Made by a program: the position numbers and the translations under genes. From an uncultured virus (IMG/VR IMGVR_UViG_3300036832_000815) (taxonomy: Duplodnaviria > Heunggongvirae > Uroviricota > Caudoviricetes), in the IMG/VR virus record IMGVR_UViG_3300036832_000815: a stretch of 64,000 nucleotides of DNA; one strand, written 5' to 3'. The notes under the pieces are model-generated. The model saw nothing but the letters and a program-made list of their open reading frames with translations. It was not told where the DNA came from and did not search any database. Shown piece by piece: positions 1-10,137 of this stretch. Positions within the stretch are counted from its first letter, which is position 1. Every line of letters starts with the position of its first letter.

Positions 1-3000
1 CAGGCCCAGGCCGACGAGATGTTCGGCGGCCGGGTCAAGGAGATCTCCCGCCAACCGGCCACCTTCGACCAGCCCGACGACGAGGGCCAGTTCAAGAAGG
101 TCTGGCAGTACGACCCCGACGACGAGAAGCGCAAGGAGTACGTCGAGCGGGACTGGCGCAAGGATCCCACCAAACGCTCCGGTAAGGCCCCCGAGTGGGT
201 CAAGCAATACGAGGGCAGCTTAAGGGTCATCGCCCAAGAGACCGAACAGGTCAAGGTCGGTGATGTGCAGCCGGGTGATCGGGTGCTTCTCACCGGATAT
301 GAGAAAGAAGGTCCGCACACTGTCAAGAGTGTTCGCGATGGAACACCAGCTAAGAGGATCGAGCCTTACGAGGATAAAAAAGAACGTACTCTGCGGGGGA
401 TCATAGAGCATGATGACCCAGATCATTATCCGCCGAAGGACTATGGGACTATTCCCATTCGGCATTTCGATCTAGCGGGAACATTCGATCACATCGCTCT
501 TCCACATCATGCACCGATCAAGCGCCTGACGGCTTCCTTGAGCTTCTCCGAGGAGCGGCCTATCGCCATGGAGGCTGAGGCCCGTCTGGAGGCCGGTGAG
601 AGCCCCCAGGCCGTCCTGAGCTACCTGCGGGCGGCCGATGCTCCTTGGCCCGAGTACATCCTCACTGAGGCCCTGCACAAGCCTTTCGTGGCCCGCGACC
701 CGGCCGATGAGCTACACACCATCGTCAGCCTCGAAGGGGAGCATGCGGTCACCGACAACGGGGATCTCATCCCGGCCGAGCATCTGACGCATCCCGACTT
801 CGACTGGCACAGCGGGCTGTCGTTCCAGGGACAAGCTCAGATGAACTCGGCGGAAGTCCAGCAGGACCCCGTCGAACACGTCAACGCGGATGGGTCCCCG
901 CACAACGGGGTCATGGTGGCCCTGGTACCGCCCGAGAAGGTGCGTGAGGGGCTGGCCGTCCAGGACGGCGAAGCCCCGGAAGACATGCATGTAACCGTCG
1001 GTTACCTGGGCAAGAAGGACAGCGTCGATCCGCAGGCTCTGCACCGGGCCATATCCTCCTTCGCCCAGCAGGTACCACCGCTGAAGGGCAAGATCAGTGG
1101 GTTCGGTAACTTTGAGGTCGATCCGCAGCGTAACGATGGCTTTTCCCATGCCCATGTGGGGCTGGTGGACATCCCCGGTATCTCCGACTTTCGCGCCAAG
1201 CTCGATGAGCATCTCGGGCGCGAGGGCCTGAAGATCGACAATGAACACGGTCTGCAGCCCCATCTCACTGTCGCCTACGGGCATGAGCCCGCTGAGTACG
1301 ACAGCATGCCCGATACCACCGACCATTTCGACCTCCCTCACATCACCGTAGCCCACGGTGGGACCTGGACCCACTATCCCCTCCAGGGCAGCCCGGAGGC
1401 CCAGAAGACCGGCATGCTGCGCTGGGCGGCCGGACCAGTGCATGGCCCCCTCCTGAACCCCCACTGGCAATCCCCCGAGGCTCCCCAGGGTCGCTCCAAG
1501 GGCCGGGCCGACGATCCCAACGCCACCAAGTTCTCCACCTACGATCCCAAGTTTCAGCAGAAGATCGCCAACCAGTTCCATGACAACGTCCCGAAGGAAC
1601 TCGGTGTAAACACCCATCGGGACATGGTCGAGAACATCAAGTCGATGTATCGAGAGGCCAAGGCCACCAATCCCAAGGCGGTCAGAGAAGGCAAGAAGTG
1701 GTACACAGATGCTCACAACTTCGCCAAGGGATTAGCCTCAAAATACAAAGACGGGAACCTGCGTAAAGGGCTGGGCATGACGGCGGCGTTATCGCCGCAA
1801 TGTCATTGGGAGGAGAACAAGACTCAAGCTGAGTACATCCACCATCACCTGAGCGCCGATCCCGACTCCGACGAGGGCAAGCTCCAGTTATCGCCCGAGC
1901 ATGTGCAAGAGGCGGAGGCCAAGCAGGCCGAGCAGGCCAGCGTGGTCAAGGGACACCGCCAGATCCAGCGGCTCACCCCCGGCAAGCGTTTTGCCGACAT
2001 GGACCCCACCGAAGCCGCCCACTCCCTCAAGGCCCAAGCCCAGTACACCCACGAACTGAAGGTGCCGGGACGGCTCAAGGCCGATGGCGATCCCTGGCGG
2101 GCCACCTTTGCCAATGGCACCGGCTCGATGGCCAAGGCGGTGCGGATTCATCGTGGTGAGGATCCTGACGACGTATTGCAGGGTCATAAGGTCCGTTCCT
2201 TTTTCAACAATATGGCGGATCATCTCAACCGCAAGAAGCGTGATGATGTCACCATCGATACGCACGCTGTCTCCCTGGCCACTGGAGGCAAGTTCGGGGC
2301 CAGTGCCACGCCACTCAAGAAGATGTTCGCCAACGGGGCCAACAAGAACAAGAACGTCACCGGCACCTACGGCTACATCGCAGATGCCTATCGCCAGGCC
2401 CACAAGGAGTTAGTGGACTCCGGGGAGATGGCCAAGAGCAGCGCTCCTCATCATCTCCAGGCCACCACCTGGCTGCACTGGCGGGACCTCAACGACGAGC
2501 CCGGCCCCATGAAGGAGGCCAACCGGGGTCGCTTCCCGGACTACTCCGGCACCAACCACGCCCGTGAGAAGGCGTTCAAGGATAGCCAGGCCCAGGCCCA
2601 TGAGGACGAGGACGAGTACTCCGGCGACGAGGACGAGGGCATGTCCAGCGCGGCCAGCTTGCGTTATGTGGCCGCCGATCGTGACCTCGATGACGCGGGC
2701 GAACTCCTCGACCCCTCCAACTACGACGATGATGCCATCGATCCTGACTTCGACCCTGACCTGGCCGACGACGCTGACCTGGCTGATTATGAGGCCGAGC
2801 CGGAGGAGATGATCCGGCGCTGGCGGGAGGGCAGCAAATCTCGTCAGCCCTATACCTCCATGCTGCACTGGGGCGCGGTGGAGACCGGCGGTGACTTCGA
2901 GGAGATGGATCCCGAGACTTCAGATGAAATGCAAGACGCCTCTGAAGTTCAGAAGAACTATGCCGATCAGGCTGACCAGGCCCAGGACGACTTCTATTTC

Positions 3001-4152
3001 AACTACCCCAAGGACCAGTCCAGCCCCTTCCCCAACGAGCCCTATCACGTCCCGCCCTACATGAGCGCCCTGCCCCATGGGGCAATGCTCCACTGGGCTC
3101 GTCCTCAACCCGAGCGGCTCTTTGATGTCAGTGATATCCCCACCAAGAAAGGGCCATATCAACCGCCCAGGCCCAATCCAAACTTCGAGCAACCGGACGA
3201 AGGTGAGATAGGCAAGTATCTCTATCATCACAGCCCGGCAGAGAATCGCGCTTCCATCATGGAGCATGGTTTGGAGCCGCGTGATCCTCAGGAAAGCTCC
3301 GCCAAAGGGATGGACCTTGATCCCGAGCAGACGCCCGAGGGTGTCTACTTTGGACCGCATACTCACATTGGTCCTCATAAGCGTCATGAGGATGTCTGGG
3401 CGGTAGACACCAACCAGGTATCACTGCAGCACGATCCTGATGATCAGAGCAACTATTACGGATTTCATTACTCGGAGGATCCGGTTCCATCCGAGGCCCT
3501 CAGGCTGGTGCATAAGCATCCCAGCGTAGCCATGCTCCATTGGTCCGCCGAGGCGGCCGAAGAGATGCTCCGCGATGAGCCTGAGGGGGCGTTGCCGTCC
3601 ACCGATGGTGGAGCGCCCTCAGAGCTTTGGGAAGGCCAGCACTCGGGTACCGCCTCCGATCCCATCAGCGCCGGTCCTGCGGGCTTCGGGGACCTCCTGG
3701 ACCCCAACAGCGGACATGAGGACATGGGCTACCCCGAGAAGGACGACGCCATGCTGCGTCCCTCCGGTGGGCCGGGCATGGGCAACCTCATCAACGACAC
3801 CGAGAACAAGTTCTACAGCCTTGACTCTCTCTCCTCCCTCCAGACTTCGGGGGCCGCGGGTCAAGACAGCCGAGCCTGGCTGCTACAAGCGGACCCTCCT
3901 CGAAGTGCAGGTGGTGACCAGGGCATACGGGACACCGATATAGCAGCCATGGCTCGGCAGTTTCTGCAGACCGGGCAGGTGCCCGGTGCCGCCAAGACGG
4001 CGGCCAAGGTGTTCACCCCGGCCGAGCAGGCCGAGTTGATCTCCGAGGGCGCAGGTGGGATGCGGGCCTCGAACCTGGATCGCCTGCAACTGGAGGGCAC
4101 CCATTATCTGGCCGGAGAGGATGAGGACGATCTCGATGGGCTGTTCGAGTGA
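1..4152 (+). CDS. Giant multidomain virion-associated protein, 5' truncated: 2H phosphoesterase, DUF7178-like domain, ART-like domain
   Basis: Frame is open from base 1. Two HxT motifs (HVT at 988, HLT at 1261). WY..SP..W..N / KVRSFFNN / VTIDTHA / QATTW domain at ~1620-2490. YLYHHS..SIMEHGL..GVYF at ~3215-3520. C-terminal FTPAEQAELISEG..NLDRLQLEGTHY recalls Bxz1-like phage proteins. Confidence 0.8.
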   Translation, partial: QAQADEMFGGRVKEISRQPATFDQPDDEGQFKKVWQYDPDDEKRKEYVERDWRKDPTKRSGKAPEWVKQYEGSLRVIAQETEQVKVGDVQPGDRVLLTGYEKEGPHTVKSVRDGTPAKRIEPYEDKKERTLRGIIEHDDPDHYPPKDYGTIPIRHFDLAGTFDHIALPHHAPIKRLTASLSFSEERPIAMEAEARLEAGESPQAVLSYLRAADAPWPEYILTEALHKPFVARDPADELHTIVSLEGEHAVTDNGDLIPAEHLTHPDFDWHSGLSFQGQAQMNSAEVQQDPVEHVNADGSPHNGVMVALVPPEKVREGLAVQDGEAPEDMHVTVGYLGKKDSVDPQALHRAISSFAQQVPPLKGKISGFGNFEVDPQRNDGFSHAHVGLVDIPGISDFRAKLDEHLGREGLKIDNEHGLQPHLTVAYGHEPAEYDSMPDTTDHFDLPHITVAHGGTWTHYPLQGSPEAQKTGMLRWAAGPVHGPLLNPHWQSPEAPQGRSKGRADDPNATKFSTYDPKFQQKIANQFHDNVPKELGVNTHRDMVENIKSMYREAKATNPKAVREGKKWYTDAHNFAKGLASKYKDGNLRKGLGMTAALSPQCHWEENKTQAEYIHHHLSADPDSDEGKLQLSPEHVQEAEAKQAEQASVVKGHRQIQRLTPGKRFADMDPTEAAHSLKAQAQYTHELKVPGRLKADGDPWRATFANGTGSMAKAVRIHRGEDPDDVLQGHKVRSFFNNMADHLNRKKRDDVTIDTHAVSLATGGKFGASATPLKKMFANGANKNKNVTGTYGYIADAYRQAHKELVDSGEMAKSSAPHHLQATTWLHWRDLNDEPGPMKEANRGRFPDYSGTNHAREKAFKDSQAQAHEDEDEYSGDEDEGMSSAASLRYVAADRDLDDAGELLDPSNYDDDAIDPDFDPDLADDADLADYEAEPEEMIRRWREGSKSRQPYTSMLHWGAVETGGDFEEMDPETSDEMQDASEVQKNYADQADQAQDDFYFNYPKDQSSPFPNEPYHVPPYMSALPHGAMLHWARPQPERLFDVSDIPTKKGPYQPPRPNPNFEQPDEGEIGKYLYHHSPAENRASIMEHGLEPRDPQESSAKGMDLDPEQTPEGVYFGPHTHIGPHKRHEDVWAVDTNQVSLQHDPDDQSNYYGFHYSEDPVPSEALRLVHKHPSVAMLHWSAEAAEEMLRDEPEGALPSTDGGAPSELWEGQHSGTASDPISAGPAGFGDLLDPNSGHEDMGYPEKDDAMLRPSGGPGMGNLINDTENKFYSLDSLSSLQTSGAAGQDSRAWLLQADPPRSAGGDQGIRDTDIAAMARQFLQTGQVPGAAKTAAKVFTPAEQAELISEGAGGMRASNLDRLQLEGTHYLAGEDEDDLDGLFE

Positions 4153-4508
4153 TGGCTGACCTGGAACGCTACTCCGACGGTGACATAGAAGCGGCCGGGC
4201 TCCTGGCCTATCGCCTGTTCCAGCCGGTGCTGCCGCACGTCCTGGTCGAGGAGTTAGAGGCCGAGGCCGGGACCCAGGCTCTACACCTGACCATCGAGGG
4301 TGACATCAACGCCGCCTCCAGGGATGAGCCGATCGTCATCTATGTGCCCGAGGCCATCCAAACCAAGCATCTCAGCCGCGTCTTGGACTCTCATGATCAC
4401 AATCCCCCACCTCATGCCATGGACGCCATCCGGGCGAAGCTGGGCCGTAATGAAGAGTTGACCATGGAGGAAGTCACCCAGGCGCTCAAGTTCTTGCTGG
4501 GGGTGTAG
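4149..4508 (+). CDS. Hypothetical protein
   Basis: 119 aa, start and stop overlap both neighbours. Confidence 0.7.
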   Translation: MMADLERYSDGDIEAAGLLAYRLFQPVLPHVLVEELEAEAGTQALHLTIEGDINAASRDEPIVIYVPEAIQTKHLSRVLDSHDHNPPPHAMDAIRAKLGRNEELTMEEVTQALKFLLGV

Positions 4509-5500
4509 TGGCGACTCCTATCGCGGCCCGGAACTTTTCGAATACCACTCTCCCCACCAGTCTGACCACCAACATCGACAACCTGTTGACCAGCACAAAC
4601 ATCCCGGTGCAGTCCACGGCGGGTTATCCGGTGGTCCCTTTTACTGGATGCTTCGAGCGCAATACCATCAATCAAGAGTTCTGTCTGGTCACAGCCATTC
4701 CAGATGCCAATCACTTCACGGTAGTGCGCGGCTATGACGGTACTCCTGCTCTGCCGCATTTGGCTCCGGCTACCTTTGAGCATTGTGTGGGAGCTATCGA
4801 TTATCGAGAGGCCAACTGGCACAACACCGACACCACGCGTGATGACCATCTTCAGTATCTGCTGACCAATGGGTCACGGGCCTCTACTGGTCTGCAAGCC
4901 TTCAATGCCGGGATCAGTACCCAGTTTGTGAACGTGGCCGGTTTCCCCAATGCCTATGTGCAGACCCGGTATGTGGGAGGCACGGCCGGTCCTGGCCCTC
5001 CTGGTGGCTCGTTACCCTTCCAGGCGGGGGACTGGGTTATCGACACTCTGGGTCATCGTTGGACCTGCATCACGGCGGGCTCACCCGGCACCTGGACGGT
5101 GGAGGCCGGACGCATGGTGGGCCATTACCAGAACACCGGTTCTTTGGCCGATGCTGCCAATAATACCATCACGATAACTACGGCCTCTTTTACCGCCGTC
5201 AAGGGTGTCTCTTACGTCGTTGATGCTGCTTATCAAGGGACCATCATCACGGCCGTGCCCACCTATGTGAATGCGGTGCTGTATAGCAATCCCAATATCT
5301 TCGCTTATAACAGCTACATCTTCACCATCGACAATGCGGCCTATGTCCTGGGCAATGTCATCCAGGGTTGTACCTGCGCGGGGACCAACGCCGTGGCTAC
5401 GACGCAGACCGTCAACATAATGGTGAACATTCAATCTGCTGGAAGTGGTGGGTTACGAACGACGGCCGGTGGCCTGGAAGTGATCGTGAGGACGGCCTGA
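4508..5500 (+). CDS. Minor tail/fibre-like protein, paralog 1
   Basis: T/A/G-rich; N-terminal ~125 aa nearly identical to the next two ORFs. Confidence 0.75.
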   Translation: MATPIAARNFSNTTLPTSLTTNIDNLLTSTNIPVQSTAGYPVVPFTGCFERNTINQEFCLVTAIPDANHFTVVRGYDGTPALPHLAPATFEHCVGAIDYREANWHNTDTTRDDHLQYLLTNGSRASTGLQAFNAGISTQFVNVAGFPNAYVQTRYVGGTAGPGPPGGSLPFQAGDWVIDTLGHRWTCITAGSPGTWTVEAGRMVGHYQNTGSLADAANNTITITTASFTAVKGVSYVVDAAYQGTIITAVPTYVNAVLYSNPNIFAYNSYIFTIDNAAYVLGNVIQGCTCAGTNAVATTQTVNIMVNIQSAGSGGLRTTAGGLEVIVRTA

Positions 5501-5501
5501 C

Positions 5502-6497
5502 ATGGCACCCATAACTGTACGCAACTTTTCGAATACCACTCCACCCACCAATCTCACCGCCAACATCGACAACTCCTTGACCACCACCAATATCCCGGTG
5601 GCCTCTACGGCAGGCTATCCTGTTGTCCCTTTCACCGGATGCTTCGAGCGCAATACCAACAACCAGGAGTTCGTGCTTTGCACCAACATCATTGATGCCA
5701 ATCACTTCAGCGTGGTGCGGGCCTACGACGGTACCCCGGCCGTGCAGCATCTGGCCCCGGCCACCTTCGAGCATTGCACCGGGGCCATCGACTTCAGAGA
5801 GGCCAACCAGCATCACACCGACACCACCAGGGATGACCATCTCCAGTACCTGCTGACCAACGGGTCGCGAGCCGTCACCGGGTTGCAGACCTTCAACGGT
5901 GGTATCAGTTCCACCACTCTGGCCCTGGCCGGTAACCCCGGCTCCAACATCGCCACCCGCTATGTGGGTGGGACTGGTCCCGGTAATGGGCCGCCAGGAG
6001 GGACCGGCACTCCCTTCTTAGTGGGCGACTGGTGCCTGGATCCTTCTGGCTGCCGCTGGTTCTGCGTGGCCGCCGGTACACCCGGTACTTGGGTGGCCGA
6101 GCCCGGTCACGTCTACGCCCGCGTCTACGGGCCTGCCAAGAGCCAGGACATCATCAACCGCCAGGTCCAGGTCCTCACCTACACCTGGACCGCCGTCAAG
6201 GGCATCACCTACGAGGTCGATGTCCGCTTCCAGGGCCTGATCATCACCGCCGATCCGGCCTGGGTGAACTCGGTGTTGACCTGTACCGGCGGCATGCTCC
6301 CGGCCACGGTCTACGTCATGAGCATCTCCGGGGCCGCCTTCGTGCCCGGCAACGTGGTGTCGGGCTCCTGCACGGTGTCGCTCACCCCGGTGGCCACCAC
6401 CGCCGCGCAGACCTTGCGGCTGTACGCCACCTCGGCCGGTCGAGGGGCCATGCGGATGACCGGCTACAACGCCGAGTTGATCATGCGAAGAGGGTGA
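5502..6497 (+). CDS. Minor tail/fibre-like protein, paralog 2
   Basis: Shares RNFSNTT...PFTGCFERNT...DDHLQY N-terminus. Confidence 0.75.
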   Translation: MAPITVRNFSNTTPPTNLTANIDNSLTTTNIPVASTAGYPVVPFTGCFERNTNNQEFVLCTNIIDANHFSVVRAYDGTPAVQHLAPATFEHCTGAIDFREANQHHTDTTRDDHLQYLLTNGSRAVTGLQTFNGGISSTTLALAGNPGSNIATRYVGGTGPGNGPPGGTGTPFLVGDWCLDPSGCRWFCVAAGTPGTWVAEPGHVYARVYGPAKSQDIINRQVQVLTYTWTAVKGITYEVDVRFQGLIITADPAWVNSVLTCTGGMLPATVYVMSISGAAFVPGNVVSGSCTVSLTPVATTAAQTLRLYATSAGRGAMRMTGYNAELIMRRG

Positions 6498-6500
6498 GCG

Positions 6501-7502
6501 ATGGCTACTCCCATCCTGGCTCGCAACTACTCGAACACGGCACTTCCCACCAACCTGACGGCCACGGTCGATAACCAGCTATCCACCACCAACATCCCGG
6601 TGGCCTCCACGGCCACCTATCCTCCGGCTCCCTTCACCGGTTGTTTCGAGCGCAATACCATCAACCAGGAGTTCGTCCTGGTGACGGCCATCCCTGATCT
6701 GAATCACTTCACCGTGGTGCGGGGCTATGACGGCACTCCCCCGGTGCAGCACCTGGCTCCGGCCACGTTCGAGCATGCGGTGGGCTCGATCGACTACCGC
6801 GACGCCAACTGGCACCACACCGACACCAGCCGTGACGATCACCTGCAATACCCCTTGACCAATGGCAGCCGGGCCTTCACCGGCCCGGTGAGCGCCCCGG
6901 CCTATGGGGCCACCATGACCGGCACCAGCGGCCGATACGTGGGCATCACCAATGGCGCGCCCACCGCCGGTACCTACCTGGCCAACGATTACGCCGCCGA
7001 TCCCACCAACCGTTGTTTCTGGTTCTGCATGGCTGGGGGAACGCCGGGGACATGGTCCTCATCACGCATCAAGCCATCGGCCCGAATAGCGGCTTCGGCT
7101 CAGACCGTCCTGTCGGCCAGTACCTGGACCCAGATCGCCTTGGCTGCTACCGATCATGCTGTGGGGGGTTGCACCATCGTCGCTCCCAGCAGTATTCGGC
7201 TGCCCATCTCCGGGATCTACCGGATGTCTTGCGCCATCATGTACCAGACCAACAACGGTGTGGCCGCATTTGGTCGCTATGTGGCCGCGGTGTATCGCAA
7301 TGGGGCCATGGTGCGCCAGTACAACGACTCCGGTGATACCAGTGCTTATTATCAGCCGGGTGGATCGGACACCGGACAGTTCGCAGCCGGGGATCTCGTC
7401 ACCCTGTGGGGTTGGCAGAACTCCAGTGGTCTGGAAGGATCCTACGGCAGCGGTGTTTACACCAATCTGGCCGTCGAGTTCGTCACCTATTTATCAACAT
7501 GA
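6501..7502 (+). CDS. Minor tail/fibre-like protein, paralog 3, C1q/TNF-like tip
   Basis: Shared N-terminus; C-terminal IRLPISGIYRMS...AAGDLVTLWGWQ beta-sandwich pattern. Confidence 0.7.
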   Translation: MATPILARNYSNTALPTNLTATVDNQLSTTNIPVASTATYPPAPFTGCFERNTINQEFVLVTAIPDLNHFTVVRGYDGTPPVQHLAPATFEHAVGSIDYRDANWHHTDTSRDDHLQYPLTNGSRAFTGPVSAPAYGATMTGTSGRYVGITNGAPTAGTYLANDYAADPTNRCFWFCMAGGTPGTWSSSRIKPSARIAASAQTVLSASTWTQIALAATDHAVGGCTIVAPSSIRLPISGIYRMSCAIMYQTNNGVAAFGRYVAAVYRNGAMVRQYNDSGDTSAYYQPGGSDTGQFAAGDLVTLWGWQNSSGLEGSYGSGVYTNLAVEFVTYLST

Positions 7503-7519
7503 TGCGAAAGGGTTAGCTA

Positions 7520-8362
7520 ATGCCGACGTATGTGCAGATGGATAACTCGGCTGCCGTCGAGCATTTCAAGGACCATCCCGACGCCGAGGAGATCAAGTCG
7601 CGTCCCCTCCCTGGCGAGCGCATCTTCGAGATCGTCTTCCCGGACAGCACCACCCTGCGGGAGATGATCATGACCACCATGGCCACCTACCGCAAGCACC
7701 AGCCCAGCGGCAACGCCCCTGACGATGCTCCGGTGGAACTGGTCAACCCCCGCTGGGTGCGCTCCAATGACGACCAGCTACAGGAGCAACTGGCCGTGGA
7801 GTACGGTCTGGTCGATCACAACGACATCCCGGCCGGGTTCGGGGCCGAGCATGACGCCTGGGAGCGCACCAGCATGCCTGCCCTGAAGGTGGCGGCGGCC
7901 ATCCGGGGTAGCACCAGTCTGCTCAGCCTGAGCCTCACCGTCCTGGCCGCCTGGAGCCTGTTCAAGCTCAGCCGACTCAACCTGCGGACCACGGCCGGGC
8001 GCGACTACCAGGCCGGGATCCTGGGCAACCCCTCTTCCACCGGCACCGGGGCCTTCGCCAGTGCCTCCTACATCGGCCTGAGCGCCGATCTGACCGCTCC
8101 GGCGGCGGCGGACACCACCCTGGTCGGGGAGGTCATCTCCGGCACCCTGGTCCGGGCTCAGGGCTCCTACGGCCATACCACCGGGGCGGCCAGCTACACC
8201 GTCTCGAAGCTGTTCGTGTCCGACCAGCACATCGTGGTCAACAAGATCGGGCTGTTCAATGGGGCCACCGGGGGCGCGCCGTTCATCGAGACGGTGCTAT
8301 CGGCCCAGGCCGTCCTCAACTCCGGGGACCAGCTACAGATCGTCTCCACCGTTACCCTTTGA
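7520..8362 (+). CDS. Putative virion structural protein
   Basis: C-terminal YIGLSAD..APAAADTTL.GE...KIGLFN..TGG pattern typical of phage tail proteins. Confidence 0.6.
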   Translation: MPTYVQMDNSAAVEHFKDHPDAEEIKSRPLPGERIFEIVFPDSTTLREMIMTTMATYRKHQPSGNAPDDAPVELVNPRWVRSNDDQLQEQLAVEYGLVDHNDIPAGFGAEHDAWERTSMPALKVAAAIRGSTSLLSLSLTVLAAWSLFKLSRLNLRTTAGRDYQAGILGNPSSTGTGAFASASYIGLSADLTAPAAADTTLVGEVISGTLVRAQGSYGHTTGAASYTVSKLFVSDQHIVVNKIGLFNGATGGAPFIETVLSAQAVLNSGDQLQIVSTVTL

Positions 8363-8419
8363 TCCTTGAGGTCTAGTAAGGTCGCTTGCGAGATAGTTAG
8401 GTAACGTGACCTGATTCGA

Positions 8420-9082
8420 ATGCGGAAGTCCCAAGAATACCAATGCTATGTATGCCGTCATCCATGGCGGAATATCATCGACTTAGAGATCCTCGAAGAT
8501 AAGCCCACTGGCACCATCTTCATGCATCTGCCGGTTACTCCCTCCATACCTATCCCCACCCAGGCCGAGATCAGCACCCACCGCCGTAAGGGTCACATGC
8601 GCCCTCGGGAGCAGATTCTCAAGGACCAGGCCGAGAAGCTCAAACTGCTCAACGCCATCATCGATGACCTGCCGCCACGGGACTTGCTCTACAACTCCCT
8701 GGCCCAGGATGTTCCACCTCCGTTGCCCGCCATCCCTCCGCCTGCGCCGGTCTGGAACCCCCACCTGCGGCTGTCCCAGAAGCCCCCAGAGGCGGCCTGG
8801 ACGCCCCATGTCCTGCGTAGCCGCCAGAGACGCACCGGCTGGACCCCGGAGGCCCAGATCGCCTTGCGGGACCACCAGGAGAACGCCTGCGCCATCTGCG
8901 GTAGCTCGAATCCCACCTGCATGGACGTGTTCACCGACGCCCTCTCCAGCGAGCGGGTGCTGGGCTACCTGTGCCAGCGCTGCAAGGGGGTCATGTCCAT
9001 GATGGGCCATGACCCGGAGTTGTTCTATCGAGCTTGTCGTTACCTGGATCGTCCCCCTTCTCAGGAGTTGATGCATGGTTGA
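8420..9082 (+). CDS. Endonuclease VII-like domain protein, probably degenerate
   Basis: QENACAICG...VLGYLCQRC...RACRYL matches Endo VII zinc layout; DH motif absent. Confidence 0.6.
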   Translation: MRKSQEYQCYVCRHPWRNIIDLEILEDKPTGTIFMHLPVTPSIPIPTQAEISTHRRKGHMRPREQILKDQAEKLKLLNAIIDDLPPRDLLYNSLAQDVPPPLPAIPPPAPVWNPHLRLSQKPPEAAWTPHVLRSRQRRTGWTPEAQIALRDHQENACAICGSSNPTCMDVFTDALSSERVLGYLCQRCKGVMSMMGHDPELFYRACRYLDRPPSQELMHG

Positions 9083-9365
9083 TGGCATATGCCCTAACTG
9101 CGGGCGTGACATCTATGACCATGACGCCAGCGAGCGCAAGGTGTGCCATGACGCCGTCAGTGGCTACCGCCGTCCATTATCGGAAAATCCCGATATAGCG
9201 GGAATCCTTATAGACGATTCATTAGCAAGCAATCCTATCTTATCGGAGATTCCCGAGATAGCGACAAACCCTATAGAGGGTGAGTATCGCTTTCTGCGGC
9301 CGGATCCAGACGACCCGAGCTACTACGCCGGGCGGGAGTTCGGGCTCCCGGACCCCTGGGACTGA
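9075..9365 (+). CDS. Hypothetical protein with CPNC
   Basis: 96 aa ORF overlapping the upstream stop. Confidence 0.55.
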   Translation: MVDGICPNCGRDIYDHDASERKVCHDAVSGYRRPLSENPDIAGILIDDSLASNPILSEIPEIATNPIEGEYRFLRPDPDDPSYYAGREFGLPDPWD

Positions 9366-9398
9366 CGCCAGCATGAGATGATATGAGATGAGCCCGAC

Positions 9399-9427
9399 TT
9401 GCGGGCTCTAAGGATCTTTGCTAGTAT
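9399..9427 (+). promoter_or_regulatory. Leaderless sigmaA-type promoter, variant copy
   Basis: TTGCGG-17-TAGTAT, CTCTAAG in spacer, ATG at 9434. Confidence 0.65.
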
Positions 9428-9433
9428 GGTGGG

Positions 9434-9469
9434 ATGACCACCAAACGGAATATCCAGGGAGGGGCCTGA
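9434..9469 (+). CDS. 11-aa leader peptide MTTKRNIQGGA
   Basis: ATG at leaderless position; TGATG overlap with next gene; contains GGAGG. Confidence 0.5.
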   Translation: MTTKRNIQGGA

Positions 9470-10137
9470 TGTACGGCCGCTCCACCACCAACGGCCAGGG
9501 CAACCGGGCGCGTGACACCCAGCGCGCCAAGCTCTACAAGGCCGAGGCCGTCCTGCACGGCCCGCCCGACTTCAAGACCATCCAGGAGTGCCAGGCATTC
9601 GTGGATGCCGTCATGGCCAGCCGCTGGGTGGCGGCCCGCTTTCGCCCACGGCGCATCGAGGTCACTCCCGGCTATGGCCGTACCAGTGCCTGCGCGGCCG
9701 GTGACGACGAGATCCGCCTGCCCATCTGGTCCCGGCAGAAGCCAATCATCCTGCATGAGATCGCCCACTGCCTGATCGACTACGGCTACACCCGCTACGC
9801 CTGGCATGGCCCGGAGTTCGCCGGGCTGTTCCTCAGCCTGGTCCACCACGTCATGGGCCAAGAGGCGGCAGCCAAGCTGCGAGTCAGCTTCAAAGCCCAC
9901 CGGGTTCGCAGCAATCTCAAGGCCGTGCCCTCCTCGCCGCGCTACACCGTGGTGCCCAAGGCCCAGGTCCAAGCTAAGGCCCGTCAGCGGGCCGCTACGC
10001 CCCTTACCGCCAACGAGCGGACCCAGGTGGCCGCCCTGCTGCGTCGGGCCGCTAAGGCCGGACAACTGGGTGCCGCCGATCGCAAACCTCGTCAGCACGC
10101 CCTGGCCACTGCTCGTCTCCTGGAAGGAACCAAATGA
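9469..10137 (+). CDS. HEXXH zinc metallohydrolase (TIGR04338/SprT-like)
   Basis: RDTQRAKLYKAE...IILHEIAH...HGPEF. Confidence 0.75.
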   Translation: MYGRSTTNGQGNRARDTQRAKLYKAEAVLHGPPDFKTIQECQAFVDAVMASRWVAARFRPRRIEVTPGYGRTSACAAGDDEIRLPIWSRQKPIILHEIAHCLIDYGYTRYAWHGPEFAGLFLSLVHHVMGQEAAAKLRVSFKAHRVRSNLKAVPSSPRYTVVPKAQVQAKARQRAATPLTANERTQVAALLRRAAKAGQLGAADRKPRQHALATARLLEGTK

